NCBI RefSeq assembly: GCF_021869535.1
Contig: NW_026262734.1
Span: 17,546,001 to 17,610,000 of the forward strand
Source of the DNA: Mytilus californianus
Lineage: Eukaryota
Length of the DNA: 64,000 bases
Direction of reading: 5' to 3'
Shown here: positions 25,560 through 37,641 of the stretch, piece by piece
Position numbering within the stretch: the first letter of the stretch is position 1
How the letters are laid out: every line of letters begins with the position of its first letter
The notes under the pieces: generated by a model
The model's input: only the letters and a program-made list of their open reading frames with translations
Told to the model about the DNA's origin: nothing
Databases searched by the model: none
Position numbers and translations under genes: made by a program

Positions 25560-26293
25560 GTACGTGTTTATTTATTTGTTTTTCTAAAAAAACATATTGT
25601 TTATATGCTCAAACCTGAACATTTGAAAAAATAGGATTGTTAAAATACATTGACACGTTAGGAGCTATCTTGCCGAAAGAGAAGAAAATAATAGAAAAAA
25701 TCATGAAAGTTCAACTTTGCATCAGGCAGTTTGAACCTTATTTTCTAGATAGTTTGTTAATTTTCGAAATGTAAGTTATAAATCATGTCAATACCACAGT
25801 AAAATATACTTAGCATTTAAATGAATAAACTGAAATCAATGTATGAAACAGAGCACTAGCTAGGAGGCCCTTTTCAAGCGTTCTATAAATATGTTGGCAT
25901 ATGATAGGGCCATTTTTGTGCCGTCTTTCTGCAGATAGTGTTCGTCATTAAAAGGGAAGCTGTTGTTCTTTAGCAGCTAATTCCAAAAGTGTAATCAGGC
26001 ATTCAGAAAACAATTTTCTATAAATAAGATGAAATAATGTCGTCAAAAGGTTTATTGGTGTGGCTTATAATAGAAGGGGAGCTACTAAGTTATATACAGA
26101 TACTTGTATTTTCTATTTTCCGCCAATGCCATATAGGGGAAGTCAATCTTATTGCAAAATTAAAACGATCACCGTTTGCTGCGTTTTGATTCATTTGTTT
26201 GGTTGTTTTTGGAGGGACTGTCACAAAAATAAGATTAAGTGCAGTATATCACAAACTTTGAAAAACTTATCTGGTTATAGTCACTTTACTTAC

Positions 26294-26408
26294 AGTTCAC
26301 TTCATCAGAACGATCTCCACAATCGAAGTTATCGTCGCACCTTTTCTCACTAGAAACACATTCTCCATTTGAACATTGAAACTGGCTTGAAGTACATGAA
26401 TCTACTGT
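26294..26408 (-). CDS. Gene C exon 2: LDL-receptor class A module
   Basis: [38 protein letters not shown](C); acceptor TTTTTTGTTTTGTCCCATAAAG|, donor T|GTAAGT, 115 nt, phase 0 to 1. Confidence 0.92.
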
Positions 26409-27082
26409 CTTTATGGGACAAAACAAAAAATAAAATACTAAGGCGAGGTGTACGTAAACGAACAGCAAATAAACGAGCTTTATAGTTGTGTTTATGTTAC
26501 ACACTAATGACATAAATAAAAGATGTGAGTAATACGTCAATGGGACCAAAACCAAACGACACAATAAAGCTAAAGATATCTTTAGCTTTAAATCGCCCTC
26601 AGTCTAAACACATGGGGAATAAATACCTAAGACAGAGTCGACTTACCCTTTCCTTCAAATTATCCACAGAACTAAAAAAATAAATACGATGTAATATAAA
26701 CAGCCACTGACTAAGTTGCTTTGCACTTGGTACAAGCTTATGAACATGTGGCGGGGTTAAACAAGGCATTGAGGTCTGAACTCTTCCAATTTTAAAGTGG
26801 ATTTGTGTCATAACGAACGGTACATATACACAAATGAAAGTGCAATACAAATCATTAAAGAGAAAACCTTACCTCTAGTTCTGTTGTGCTGATACAATAT
26901 GTTACTTTACACGTATTCAAGCAAAAACATTATAAACGTGGTTGATTTTCGACAATGACGATTGGAGTGCAGACAAATGAAAGAAACTTTTTTGTCTTAC
27001 GTCAAACTATAAATTATCGAATAGTTGTTACGCCGCATTACTTGCTATGTGCCTGTCCTTATTCAGGAAACTGCAATTTATT

Positions 27083-27240
27083 TAAGAATTGAATGCTTCT
27101 TTTTGTAAATTTATTGGGGTGTAAAAACGTTGGACGAAGTACATTTTGTATGAAGCGCGAAGCGCTGCATTCTAAAAATGTGCGCACGACCAACGCTTTT
27201 ACAACCCTATAAAATTACGAAAAGAAGCATTCAATACTTA
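27083..27240. mobile_element. Long-hairpin head of an interspersed repeat (Crypton-like, tentative)
   Basis: Imperfect 51-bp arms at 27083-27133 and 27190-27240 around a centre containing GAAGCGCGAAGCGC. Confidence 0.55.
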
Positions 27241-27862
27241 TTATTACATTTTTTTGCTAGGATCATAAAAACGCGATTTCTATCAAGTTTTTATTTTATT
27301 TACCTGAGAACTTTATTGTGGAAGCTCGTGTCATCGTGAATTTTACATTTCATTGTGAAAAGAAGGTTAATTTCATAATGACGTGAATTGCTGTTAGCCA
27401 ATCAAAACAACGTATTATAATGAAGCATACATGCAATTTAATTACTAGTTTGTTATGGATTGTCGTCTGTCATATTTGTTTCTTTTTTATTGTTTTGGCC
27501 GTTGTTTTTTGTTTTTTGTTTTTTGTTTTGTGTTTTTTTATCACGCTTAGAAGCTAACTATACTGTAAAGGTTTTGCTCATTATTGTAAATCGACGATGA
27601 CCTATAATTGTTTACATCAACAATCTTTGGTCAGTAATAGGTGCATTTTGTTTTGTAATCGTCTCTGAAAAACATAAACCGTCTTTTTATTTAAATAAAA
27701 AAAAACATGAATACCTTAGCTAAGACCATGATTCAATACAAATGATCAAGCTTATTTTTTCCTTAATAATCCTATAATCATATTTTGATAAAAACAAAAT
27801 ACAAAGGGCAGTTCCTTAAGACTTGTTATTTTTTAATCATAAATCCATATATATATTTAATA

Positions 27863-28100
27863 TATACACAAGTCAAAATTGAAAACAACGTTCAAACCTA
27901 TGATTGCGTTGGATAAAAACCGCAATTTTTATACGTGTGCATGTAAAACAAATTTCTTGGTAGAGGGGTCTAAATACAGCACAAACAACATTTTCCAAAA
28001 GACCAAAATAGTGAAAAAGTAAATTTTAACAAAACGCATTTGACTAACAGGTCGAACAACGGATGTTCTTAACCCTGCTGACTGCCATTGGCGATTGCAT
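27863..28100 (+). repeat. ~300-bp repeat, copy 1 (inverted relative to copies 2 and 3)
   Basis: Reverse complement of 28820-29057 and 29360-29596. Confidence 0.9.
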
Positions 28101-28745
28101 ATATTAAACGAGACAAATACCAGATCCTAATCTGCGTCGTTGCCTTCATATGATTGAGGTAGAATATGCACTAAAGGATAACTGATAAAGAGGACTTCCA
28201 AAACTAAGTTCAATTGGAATTGAATAAAGACCTTATTTATTAAAATGTCTTTGTAAAATGAGTGTGGCAAACTTTTAATGTATTGGCAAACAGAAAATGA
28301 CTACAGATATTTATGAATTGCTTACACGCTACAACTCAACATTATCAAGCTCCAGACCAAATATAAAAATATTTGCTTCAATAGAAGTCTAGAAAAGATT
28401 GATTTCAATATGTGACATTTAATGATGGACAAGAGTCCATGTCAGATGTTAAACTCTAACTCGTTTCGAGACCTTTTCAATGTATTCTTCTGGAGGAGAA
28501 AACTTCAAACTGTAACAAATGGTATAAACGGAGAAACAAATGTATATCAATATCAAATATGGAAGTACATTTAGATAAATGTTTAGAAAAAAAAAGTTGA
28601 AATTTAACACAATTAAATCATATTTATTGCACTATATGATGTTTAACAATTTACTTAGCTTACATCATTGGGCTAAGTTTCCTTGTGTATTATTTATTAG
28701 ATATCCAGGGAGAATATCTAATAATATATTTATATATATATATGT

Positions 28746-29057
28746 AAGTTTATTGTTTTCTGTTTGGTAATAAATTAATAATAAGATCTATTTTGTTACA
28801 TCTGGCGATCCGTTTATTTGGTAATCGCCAATGGCAGTCAGCAGGGTTTAAGAACATCAGTTGTTCGACCTGCTAGTCAAATGCGTTTTGTTAAAATATA
28901 TTTTTTGACTCATTTGGTCTTTTGGAAAATGTTGTTTGTGCTGTATTTAGACCCCTCAGCCAAGAAATTTGTTTTGCATGAACACGTATAAAAATTGCGG
29001 TTTTTATCCAACGCAATCATAGTTTTGAACGTAGTTTTCAATTTAGACTTGTTTATA
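28746..29057 (-). repeat. ~310-bp repeat, copy 2
   Basis: Near-identical direct repeat of 29285-29596 (offset 539). Confidence 0.9.
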
Positions 29058-29196
29058 TTTTTTCGTTTGGGCTTGTATCATATTTGCCTTCGGGTTTATA
29101 TGATCTATTCATCCTATTTAGACTCTTCCAAAATTCAAGAGTCTATCCTTAATTGAGGTAAATTATATGACCTTCCAAATACCGTTTCGATTCCTA

Positions 29197-29240
29197 ACAT
29201 CACTGAAGAGACATTAATTGTCGAAATCCGGATATGGTGT
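29197..29240 (+). ncRNA. Minimal type I hammerhead ribozyme, intact core
   Basis: Stem I ACATCA/TGGTGT; CTGAAGA; stem II GACA-TTAAT-TGTC; GAAA; palindromic stem III TCCGGA; cleavage triplet ending UA at 29233-29234. Confidence 0.85.
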
Positions 29241-29284
29241 ACAAAATTTTGCACCTCATGTTTGCGGTATACCATCTTTTCCGC

Positions 29285-29596
29285 AAGTTTATTGTTTTCT
29301 GTTTGGTAATAAATTAATAATAAGATCTATTTTGTTACATCTTGTGATCCGTTTATTTGGCAATCGCCAATTGCAGTCAGCAGGGTTTAAGAACATCAGT
29401 TGTTCGACCTGCTAGTCAAATGCATTTTGTTAAAATATACTTTTTCACTCATTTGGTCTTTTGGAAAATATTGTTTGTGCTGTATTTAGACCCCTCTACC
29501 AAGAAATTTGTTTTGCATGCACACGTATAAAAATTGCGGTTTTTATCCATCTAAATCATAGGTTTGAACGTTGTTTTCAATTTAGACTTGTTTATA
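29285..29596 (-). repeat. ~310-bp repeat, copy 3
   Basis: Direct repeat of 28746-29057. Confidence 0.9.
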
Positions 29597-30232
29597 TGCT
29601 AGTATTATACACTTTAACATAATACATAATACATAATATAAATAAACATAAATATAAATTGATTCAGACGATTTTTATGTCTGCTTACAAATCTGAAAAA
29701 ATAACGGTTCTACACCGTATGTGTAACTGGAATTTAATTATTCTTTTATAATTTGAAGGATTTATTTTTCAAACTTAATTGTTTGACAATGCTAATGGAA
29801 ATAAATATAAAGGGAAGTGTATATGATTATGTAAATTGCAAATCAAAAGGTCATTTTTTCAGCGATGCATTTTTGGCACCTCGTGGTCTATTATTTATAC
29901 ACGGAAAGTAGCATGCGTTGATTTGTCAAACATACGTACGCACTACAGGACATATATCAATTACAAGACACGATATGTTTATGTCTTTAATAACATTTTT
30001 CCGGTTTCAATATTTCTGATCGCATTTAATTTTATGATGTCGTTTATTTCCGTTTTGAAAATTTAGATAAATGTTATTCAAATTAAATAAAGTGAAATTG
30101 TGTTTCGAAGTAAAACAATAACAACGTTTGACTTCGTACAGGGATATGTGCATGGTGAAGAGTTGAAGAGTGAAAGTAGTATTTAGAAACAGGAATTTGT
30201 ACCTTACTAGGTCTTGTACTTCATATACTTAC

Positions 30233-30286
30233 ATATAAATGAAAGATGACAAAGAATGTGAAGCAACTTATGGCAGTAGTCTTCAT
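30233..30286 (-). CDS. Gene C exon 1: signal peptide MKTTAISCFTFFVIFHLY
   Basis: ATG at 30286, 18 mostly hydrophobic codons, donor TAT|GTAAGT in phase 0, matching the acceptor at 26408. Confidence 0.7.
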
Positions 30287-30664
30287 TACTTTTTTTTTGT
30301 ATTTTCATTTAATTCGCCTAAAATTAAAAACAAATGTGCAACGGTAAAATTAAATGTTCAATATTATTTTTACGTGTACCAGTAGAAACATGAATTAGAT
30401 ACCAAGTCTGTCAACCTTAAAAGTAACTGAGTAGAATGGTGAGAACATCTTAATGTTTACGGTGATCTAAACGTTGTTTACCGACCCCGGAGATGTAGAA
30501 ACGATCCGGGTAAACTTATCAAACCTTTAAATAAACTTATTCTAAAATGTTATTAATTCAACAATGTAGTTAGATCTTGGAATAATGTTTTTATTGGTAT
30601 AAATATTGATTTTGTTTTCAGTACGGTAAGACCACACTTATATTATTGAAATACACATATGCAC

Positions 30665-31460
30665 ATTCACGGTTCTACAATATGTCGATACCTATATTTT
30701 GGCATTTCACAAGGTCGTGTTTTCCACTGACTGTTCATGACGTCCTAACACAAAGTCCATTGTATGTTAGATGTGTACTGATTGATATTTTAGTCTTCGA
30801 TACATGATTTCTAATTAGTTGTTATTGGCTTTAAACTAGCTGTCGATCAGTATCTGCGAGTACTCTCAGATCTGTACCTTGTGTCTTTTTTGTTGCCACA
30901 TCCGGTCTGTTTTTTGTTAGATGTTTTGCTGCTTTTTATCGATCTGCAAGTTAAACCCTTTTCAACAGATTTGTATAATGTGTTCTTATGGTGTACCGTT
31001 ACATCACTGTCCCATGTTAAGGGGATGGTTTGGCGCCAGCAAACATGTTAACCCAGCCACATTCTAGATTAGCTTGTCCAATGTACAAGGAGACATGTAT
31101 TTCAGTGGTTTTTGTTTTTTTTTGTTGTTGTTGTTTTTTCTCATATTTGGTTTTCTTTTATTGTTTTGGATAGTTTTTTCTTGTGTGGTGCCGTTTCAAC
31201 ACTGTCCATGTAAGGGGGGGGAGGGTTTAAGCGCCTTTAAATATGTTTAACGCCGCCATATTCTTTATGTGCCTGTCCCAAGTCAGGACTCTGTATTGCA
31301 GTGGTTGTCGTTGGTTCATGTCTGTTATATTTCTTTTTCGTAAATTGTTTTGTTATAAATTAGGCTTTTTTTTGTCTTAATTGGATTGTTTCATATTTTT
31401 TTATATCGGGCCCTTTCTAGCCGATTATACGGTATGGTTTTTCTCATTGTTCTCCTTATT
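30665..31460 (-). repeat. Long copy of the SINE-like repeat
   Basis: Aligns with 1193-1800, with an internal partial duplication. Confidence 0.75.
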
Positions 31461-32321
31461 TTATAATGTGCCTGATCCATTTGTCTTTTTGAACAATAAA
31501 CTATGTTTAAACATAGTGAATGATGATACGGGATTTGATTAACTGTTATGCTTTTTTGGTTTTTAATCCAAAAAGAAAATCATATTGGTTGCGTCCAATG
31601 ACCAATAAAAAGAAATCAATATGCTAGGAAGCTTTGGTGTTAAACGTCCAGTGGCACATATTACATGCATATCAGGACGTGTTAATGTTAATGTGATATA
31701 CATTGTAAATATGAACACTGCTCCTAAATTATCGGACACGCTAAGCCGAATATTAACATGCTTGTTCACAAGATAACATCTCACAGGAAGACATGTCAAC
31801 CTAATCGGACACATAATTTCTGAGACGAATAGCCCAGCAAGTGTTTTTCGAACTAAGATACGTTTTCTCCAATACACACATACATGATATATACACGAAT
31901 AAACACTACATACATCTGACATAAACAAATTATGTTTTTTTCAGCTTGAAGATGTAAAGTTCTTATCCAGCAATTATAACAAATCGAGTGCATCTCATAT
32001 AGGAAAACATATAGAAACAAACACATCGATGTGCAATTGAGTAGTCAAGCTAGGAAATGATAAGCCGGTGAACAATAAGAAAGTTGAATGTTTTGCATCA
32101 AATTTAAAATACATCAGTCTCATAGTTACTGATGTGATACTATCACATTAAGCTCTTCATGTTAGCAGACACTTTTAATGTGCATGCGCTCTTCATCAAG
32201 GGAATAGCCAAAAAATGTTTAGGTAAATAACATAACGTTAAAAAGTATACCCGGACTACTCAATAAGAAATGCGAGCCTTTTTCAGTTGATTTTTATAGT
32301 TTGTACTTATGTTGATCTATT

Positions 32322-32377
32322 ACGAAACGCACGTATGGCGTACAACATTAGAATCCTGGTATCGCTGATGAATTTTG
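32322..32377 (+). mobile_element. 3' half of a hammerhead plus retrozyme tail, nested in a SINE-like repeat
   Basis: ACGAAACGCACGTATGGCGTACAACATTAGAATCCTGGTATCGCTGATGAATTT interrupts CTTATGTTG...TGTTACACTACTG. Confidence 0.6.
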
Positions 32378-32771
32378 TTACACTACTGACCCAGGTAAGG
32401 GAAGGGTTGAGTGCTAGCTGAAATTTTAAACACCTTGCATTCTGTATGCGCCTGTCCTAAGGCACGGACCTGTAATTCAGTGATTGTCATTCGCTAACGT
32501 TCGGTGTAAAGAAGGTGACAAATATAGTGCCTACCCATGTTTAAATGAGCATAGAGCATGACATGAAAGAATTTTTATAACATTGCGATATTTTGTCATA
32601 ACTTCATCGACAATGTCTGGCGCCAAATTAAATTTTCATTTTCTGGATGTTTTAAAATCTTTAATGTATATTATTAAGACTCTTTAATATCTAAATTCCA
32701 GTAGATTTTAACAAGTTATAGATTTTGTCCCTGTGAGTAAAAGAAATTCAAAGGAAAATAACGTTGTCCTT

Positions 32772-33325
32772 TGGAAACGGAAGATGTGTCTATGAGACAA
32801 TAACCCGACCAAAGAGCAGAAAATAGCCAAAGGCATGCACCAATGGGTCTTAAACGCAGCGAGAAAATCCCGCATCCGAAGGCGGGTTTCATCTGACCCC
32901 TTAACAATACTGTATACTAGTTCATCGGAATTGACGCCACACTAAACTCCGAAATATACAAATGAACAAACATATAAAAAGCCCACAATACAAACTAAAG
33001 GCCAGAGGATTATGACTTGGAAAAGGCGCTAACATGCGGCGGGGTTAAACATGTTTTTTGAGATCTATATCTCCCCCTTTACCTCAAGCAAATATGGAAT
33101 AAACAAACACATAGCAATATGCACAGTACAATTCAGTACAAAAGAAGTCCCGAGTCCGATGTTAGAATAGGTAACAGAAGAAACTAAGCAAAATGAAAAT
33201 GATCAACATAAATTAACAAAGGACTACTGGCCGTTTCTGTTATGCCAGCTCCAGACCTCAATTAAACTGATCGAAAAATTTGTCTTCTTCATCCACAATC
33301 CCTCCCGTTATGGGCTTAGTATACA
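32772..33325 (+). repeat. SINE-like repeat
   Basis: GAGACAATAACCCGACC...CATGCGGCGGGGTTAAACATG, shared with 35925-36100 and 62270-62360. Confidence 0.7.
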
Positions 33326-35049
33326 TGCCATACATTGCATACATGTCTTGTAATAGCCTAAAAGAGGTGAGCATGTGTATAGAAATTTTGGTCATTTGTA
33401 ATACAATAAAATGTGTCTCATGACAGAAGCCGCTTGGAACATGTTAATAAGTTACGAATATGAACCGTTCTGTGTACATGACTGATACCCTAAGCCACAT
33501 TTTGCAAGACTTTGGATTGTCTCGACCGGTGATCGTACCAATGACACCCCGTAGTCGAGTTGATGCCACTACGATAAAGATAGGATTACATTGCTACAGT
33601 TACAGATCCTGTAACATGTAAATTTATATTCAATATAAGCTAAGTTTGGGATACTGTACCAAACACAGCTTTGATTATTTGGTAGTAGCACCAGCCGTCA
33701 CACTTGTAAAACTAAAGTGTAACATACTTATCGGCGAATTCGGTTTGTTTTTCTTTTTTAATGTACATCTCAGCGCAATTTAAGATAGAAAAGAGTGGTA
33801 TTCCAAACATGCATTGTCAATACAAATGATACAACATCAAAGAAATAAAAATGTCTGCAGCTGAGAGTTCGTTTTCATGCGTTTGGTATCCCAAAGTGTA
33901 TTTTAAAAAGTGAGATAAAAACCCTTGAAGAACGTTACAAGATCACTGAACGCCTCCAGATCTTTTCACCATAACATGCAGGAAGTATTATAAAAAAAGT
34001 ATAAACACTTGAATGAAATATATGTATACTTAAAAGTAAACGTAAACAAATATTATTAATACTAAATGTAAAGTTTGGTTATCTTAGTGTGTACAATTTC
34101 TAAACTAATTGAAAAAAATAAGACGAGGTTTATTTTAGGTACATGTATTTGAATTTACTCTGCTCATTTCCAAAAAAAGTTATTTGTTAAATTGAAACAA
34201 AATACTTACAACTTAGCCGAAATTTCTCAAAATGAATGTTGTTTAAGAATTCCTCGCAAAACTATACTTGAAAGAAAAAAATATTATATTACTGATAAAG
34301 AAATACGCAATAATATAACTGGATTTTCCCAAAGGTACGTATTGAACTAAAAGATTAAAAATAGACTTTTATCTATTAAAATGTCCTTTCGGAAAACATT
34401 AAACGTAAACGAAAATAACACTGTCATTAATCTTATCTTTTATATTTCTGGCATAAATAAATCTATACCAAAATATTTAAATGATATCGTTGTATTGCGA
34501 GACATTGACAGTTAGTCAGACTGACATAGTAATTATACATTTATACGCTCGTCGAAGACCGGACGTTTTGTGATATACATATGTTCGTCCGATCGTCTGT
34601 CAATCAACACTTCGTACGATAACTTAACATGGTGTTAACAACATTAGGATTGACATATCGCACACTTCAAACTGTAACTCTAGTATGCCTGGATTGATTT
34701 CCTTAAAACTTAACAGTACTGTTGGAATTGATAAAAGGAAGCTTTCGTGCCATCTTTTCGGTTTTCTTTTTTTTTTCTCTTCCAGAGTTGCCTGACTTTA
34801 GTCACATGTTATACCATAACTTGAGTTTGCATGGAATGGTTTGCTGACGACTAAATGCAATTGTTGGAATTGGTGAACATAAAACACCATTCAATTGTAA
34901 AATATTTCCTTTTGTTCATTCAAGAGTTATTGGACTTTGACCTTCAGATAAAATGCAGGGCATTTCGTGAATGTCATGTAGTATATGTAGCTAAAGTATG
35001 CTTGGGTTGAATTACTACAAACCTTAAGCTGTCCTAATTTAAATACTTA

Positions 35050-37002
35050 GGCCACGCCCAATTATTACCTCGTTCGTCGGATTCCCCGCGTGCTGTGAAA
35101 GGTCAACCAGAAAAAAGTACTTTTTTTTAAAAACCCGCGTCTAGTATGGAGCCGCGCGCATCCGTCTCTAAATTTATGAAACAAAAATTTTAATCAGTTG
35201 TGCGTTTGAAAGTAACACCATACAGACACGGAAATTGACATTAAAAACGATCTAGATCTAACATTTACAACGTTGTTGTTACAATATTATTGCCAAATTT
35301 AGTATGAAAAGGAAATATGACAGCAATTTTTAGACCAGCTGCATTTACCATCCCTCAAAGTTCGTCAAACCAAAAACAAATAATATCCTCCTCTGCAGAT
35401 TCATACACGGTGAAGCCAATTTACCATCTGATCAACTGAAAAAAAAAACATCTAGGACAACCAAGAACATGCATTACGGTCAACATTTCCTGAGACTGCA
35501 AACAAAACCAGACTCATTAAAATTCTGCTTCATACCAAGCACAATTAAAGATTGGAACCTACTACTACCGGATATTTTCACCAAGATTCAAACAGCAGAA
35601 GAACCAGCTAAAACTTTCAGTGATATTGTAAGGGGAGTCCCACTTAAGTGAGTTACTTGACTCACGTGCAGTGTAGTAATATCCTTGAATGATTCACCGT
35701 ATACTTATCAAGATCAAATGACAAAGCAACGACGCCACCGAATTGAAAGATTTAAATTATGACAATATAACATGCATAAGAATGAAAGAGAATCCCAAAG
35801 CTGATGGTACATGAAATGGCGCCGCAAATGAAACTATTATATTGTTTACTTTTTTTTTATCTGTTTTAGAATAAAGGTTTTCCTTGAATTTCTATTTATA
35901 TTTGCTAGTATCATTACAAAGTTATATTAAGATAAAACTGAGAATGGAAATGGGGAATGTGTTAAAGAGACAGCAACCCAACCAAATAGCAGAAAACAGC
36001 TCAAGGCCACCAATGGGTCTTAAACACAACAAGAAAATCCCACACCCAGAGGCTGGCTTCAGCTGACCCCTCAACAATTATGTATACTAGTTAAAAGCAT
36101 GGAATTTGACAATAATTTTAATGTGGTAATTGAATTTAACACATTAATCCATCTTTACAATTTACAAAAATAAAATAAGATTTGTATGATTGTCAATGAG
36201 ACAACCTTCCACCAGAGACCAAATTTGTTGAGGTTTGCAACTAGTTAACGGTATGACCTTCAGCACAGAGCAATATCCACATGCATAGATATATAAATGT
36301 GAATGTCATTGAATTCTACAGGAAAGCAATGACTTAAGTGGAATGTATTGAAATGTTCCTTTTGTTTAGTAAGTATATAGCATCTGACTGGTTCATTTGA
36401 ATGGTATAAATTGGTGTGGGGTTTTTGAAGGACAGTCCTTTATTAATTGTCATCTTGTTGTATACACAAATAGTTATGGTTGTATATAAAAGCTTTATAC
36501 ATGCATTTATGATTTGCATACGTTCATTTAAAACAACATACTATGCATCAATTATACTTACATTAAACATGGATGCATGCCTGTTCAAAGCTGTTTCACT
36601 TTTTCATGTTCAGTAGGATCATATTTTTTTGATAAGACTACACAAAGTTGTAGGTTTTGCTACAAGTTGACCATTTTATACTTGGAAATTTTGTGAAAAG
36701 ATTAAACAAGGTGTCAGAGAACAAATTGAGAAGCAAAGTAGGATAATATAAGAACTAGGATATGAGATATATAAAATATCAAGCACCAAAACTATGTAAA
36801 TTTCTAATCGCTTGCTTGCTTAAAATTCTTTTCATAGATTTAAAAAAAAAAATATTTCAAAAATATTATCGCTCGCTAGTAAAAAATTATTTCGCCTGCC
36901 AAAAATCAAATTTCGAAAAAAAAAATTAAAAATTTTCGCTCTCTCGCTACCCTTTTTCAAAGGAAAGTTTCCGAAGAACAAGAAATTTTATTTGGTGTGG
37001 CC
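35050..37002 (+). mobile_element. PIF/Harbinger-like non-autonomous element
   Basis: Imperfect ~30-bp TIRs GGCCACGCCCAATT.../...ATTTGGTGTGGCC; TTA on both sides (35047-35049, 37003-37005); an uninterrupted host-like site is visible at ~18510-18550. Confidence 0.75.
35305..35717 (+). mobile_element. 5'-truncated LINE 3' end (CR1/L2/RTE-like)
   Basis: Decayed ORF2 C-terminus LPSLKVR...SRTT..H...QT.PDSLKFCFIPSTIKDWNLL; tail TCAAGATCAA. Confidence 0.65.
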
Positions 37003-37641
37003 TTATATGTATCCTCACGCATGTTTTTCTACAGAGCCATTTAATTTGTCTCGGATTACATGGCTTCGAAATAACCCATTTAGTTTTGAAACAATGTCAA
37101 TCTGCACAATTTTAGGCGTGTCATGCGCTCTTTGCTCAGCTGTTTAATTTTTATATATTTGCAGTTCAGACTAAATTACACATTTCTTTTTGTGCACTTT
37201 TTTAACTTACGTATTCTTTATCACGGTATCTCAAAAAAATAATAAAATGAAAAATAAAATAAATTGATAATCTACAAGCATTGGGCCAATTTCTGAACTT
37301 TTAAAGATAAACTATGTTAGTTAGAAGACAAACTAGGTAACATTTTGGGATTTAGTTTTGAGAGCACATACAAAAAAATTCAAACCTATTGACGAAACAT
37401 CTGTGTATTTATATACCTGACATTAATAGGAGAGTCTATGATGTACACAATTTAGGTATTATCCAGGTGTTCTTTTAATCAAACCAGGTATAAACAAAAC
37501 CAAATACTAACAAGTAAAAGTGCAAAAAAGGAAATGATCAACACCCCAACCGGAGAAGATGAGTTGCCGTTCATGGTATGTTAAGACTAACTAAGATAGC
37601 TCTCCAGAAAAATCGTTAATTAAAGGTAAACATAACTGAAA

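Larger units (their letters stand above)
34540..37145 (+). mobile_element. HINE-like element hosting nested insertions
   Basis: 5' TTTATACGCTCGTCGAAGACCGGACG plus degenerate GTCC tract; 3' GGCGTGTCATGCGCTCTTTGCTCAGC; interrupted at 35050-37002. Confidence 0.5.

Noticed and set aside
26873-26888. 16-nt micro-exon between the gene C signal and LDLa exons
   Set aside because: Not needed: the phase-0 acceptor at 26408 has the stronger pyrimidine tract and matches gene B in length.
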